From Malacoraja senta (Eukaryota), in NCBI GenBank assembly GCA_038087875.1, contig JAXLNO010003952.1:62001-126000 (forward strand): a DNA stretch of 64,000 bases. Direction: 5' to 3'. The notes under the pieces are model-generated. The model made no database searches. It was not told where the DNA came from and was given only the letters and a program-made list of their open reading frames with translations. Every line of letters starts with the position of its first letter. Position 1 is the stretch's first letter. Shown here piece by piece: positions 62,543 through 64,000 of this stretch. The position numbers and the translations under genes are program-made.

Positions 62543-64000
62543 TACATTTTATGTACAGCTTCTTTGGAGAGCTTGTTGATGGATCTTTGAAGGTAGTGGG
62601 ACAGTCATCTTGGAACTGTGAAAAACGTTAGCTGAGCCATACCTGTAACATTGTGTGGATTCTGGTTGCCTCCCTACAGGATTGATGGGAGTTCACTAGA
62701 GAGGCACAAGAAAGGTTTACGACAGTGGCAGGACTGCAGAAGAAAGGTTGCAAGGAGAGAGTCGTCAGGAACTGCAGCAGGTAGATTGTTTGAGTGGTTA
62801 TAATATTATAGAAAAAAAGACAAAATACTGGAGTAACTCAGCGGGACAGGCAGCATCTCTGGAGAGAAAGAATGGATCATGTTTCGGATTGAGACCCTTC
62901 TTCAGATGTCTCAACCCGAAATGTCATCCATCCCCCCCTCCCGCAGAGATGCTGCCTGTCTCGCTGATGTCTATCTGTGGTGTAATCTGTGGCAGTTCCT
63001 TCCTACACATAAGGTTATGATATTCTGACTGGTTCAATCAGAGTAAACAAGGTAACCATCTTTCCTACACAAAGTTGGAAATGTAATTCAATTAGCATAA
63101 GGGTTTGATGCAATTAGTACAGTGGGCCAAGGGTTCACTGCCTGAATGGTTGTTGGAAGCAGAACTCACATTTACTGGGCACCTGGACCAGCAGTAGAAG
63201 AGGCTGTGAGTGAGATTCACCTGGCCTCCCAGCATGTAAAACAGAAGGTGGGAACTATAGGTCAATTGACAGGTACATGGATAGGACAGGTTTGGAGGGA
63301 TATGGACCAAACGCAGGCAGGTGGGACTAGTGTAGCTGGGACATGTTGGTGGGTGTGGGCGAGTTGGGCCGAAGGGTCTGTTTCCACACTGTATCACTCT
63401 ATGATTCTAATTCATCCAGCACTCATAGTTCACAAGAGGAAATAACTAATCATTTGGTAAGCTGCATCTAATCAAATGTAGCCGACATGGTTTAATGAAA
63501 ATCATGTGTGACAAAACTTGACAGGATGTGATAGGGAGTTGATAAGGGAAACCTGTAAATGTAGTTGGAAGGAACTGCAAATGCTGGTTTAAACCAAAGA
63601 TAGACACAATAAGCTGGAGTAACTTAGCGGCTCAGATAGCATCTCTGGGGAAAAGGAATTTTCTATTTGTTTTCTCCAGAGATGCTGTCTGACCCGCTGA
63701 GTTACTGCAGCTTTTTGTGTCTATCTCCTGTAAATGTAGTGTGTATTTAGATCTCCAAAAGGCATTTGCCACATATGAGGGCAAATGTGCTAACATGGAC
63801 TGAAAGGTGGCAGTCATATAGAAAAACAAGTTAGAATAAATGCATGAAAACTGCAGATGGGATAAATCTGAAAAACAAAATGCTGGGAGCACTCGGGTCA
63901 GGCTGCATCTGTAGCCAGAGAAACAGAATTCATGTTTCAAGTCAAAGACCCTTCGTCAGAACTGGGGAGGTGACAAAAGAAACTTGTAAAGCTGCACAGG

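Noticed and set aside
59195-62760. Endogenous retrovirus with env-like relic
   Set aside because: No LTR pair or PBS was found. The degenerate frames match DIRS RT/RNaseH/MT motifs in the right order, and the 5' end matches a DIRS ICR.

Overview
Eukaryotic, repeat-dense genomic DNA from a cartilaginous fish, most likely a skate or ray, judged from the abundant HE1/HER1-type SINEs and CR1, Penelope and Rex1 relics. Two host genes are supported. (1) A six-exon non-classical MHC class I heavy-chain gene on the minus strand (ATG at 17305 to stop at 545; exons for leader, alpha1, alpha2, alpha3, TM, cytoplasmic tail). It has an S-X-Y-like promoter, a strongly hydrophobic predicted groove, four extra alpha2 cysteines, a single premature TAG in alpha3, and a Tc1 transposon inserted about 11 nt upstream of the TM-exon acceptor. 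(2) A frameshifted KRAB-less C2H2 zinc-finger gene (37750-39252, minus). The rest is mobile DNA: a teleost-like IR/DR Tc1 carrying a nested CORE-type SINE, two hAT elements with exact 8-bp TSDs (one giving a CR1>hAT>L1 nest), a Harbinger MITE, and CR1, L1, Rex1, RTEX-like and Penelope fragments. There are also two DIRS1-like relics whose termini together rebuild the ITR/ICR circle junction. The larger DIRS relic carries an array of about 10 covarying stem-loops that no standard annotation explains. All family assignments come from motif recognition by eye, not database searches. Repeat boundaries without TSDs are approximate.
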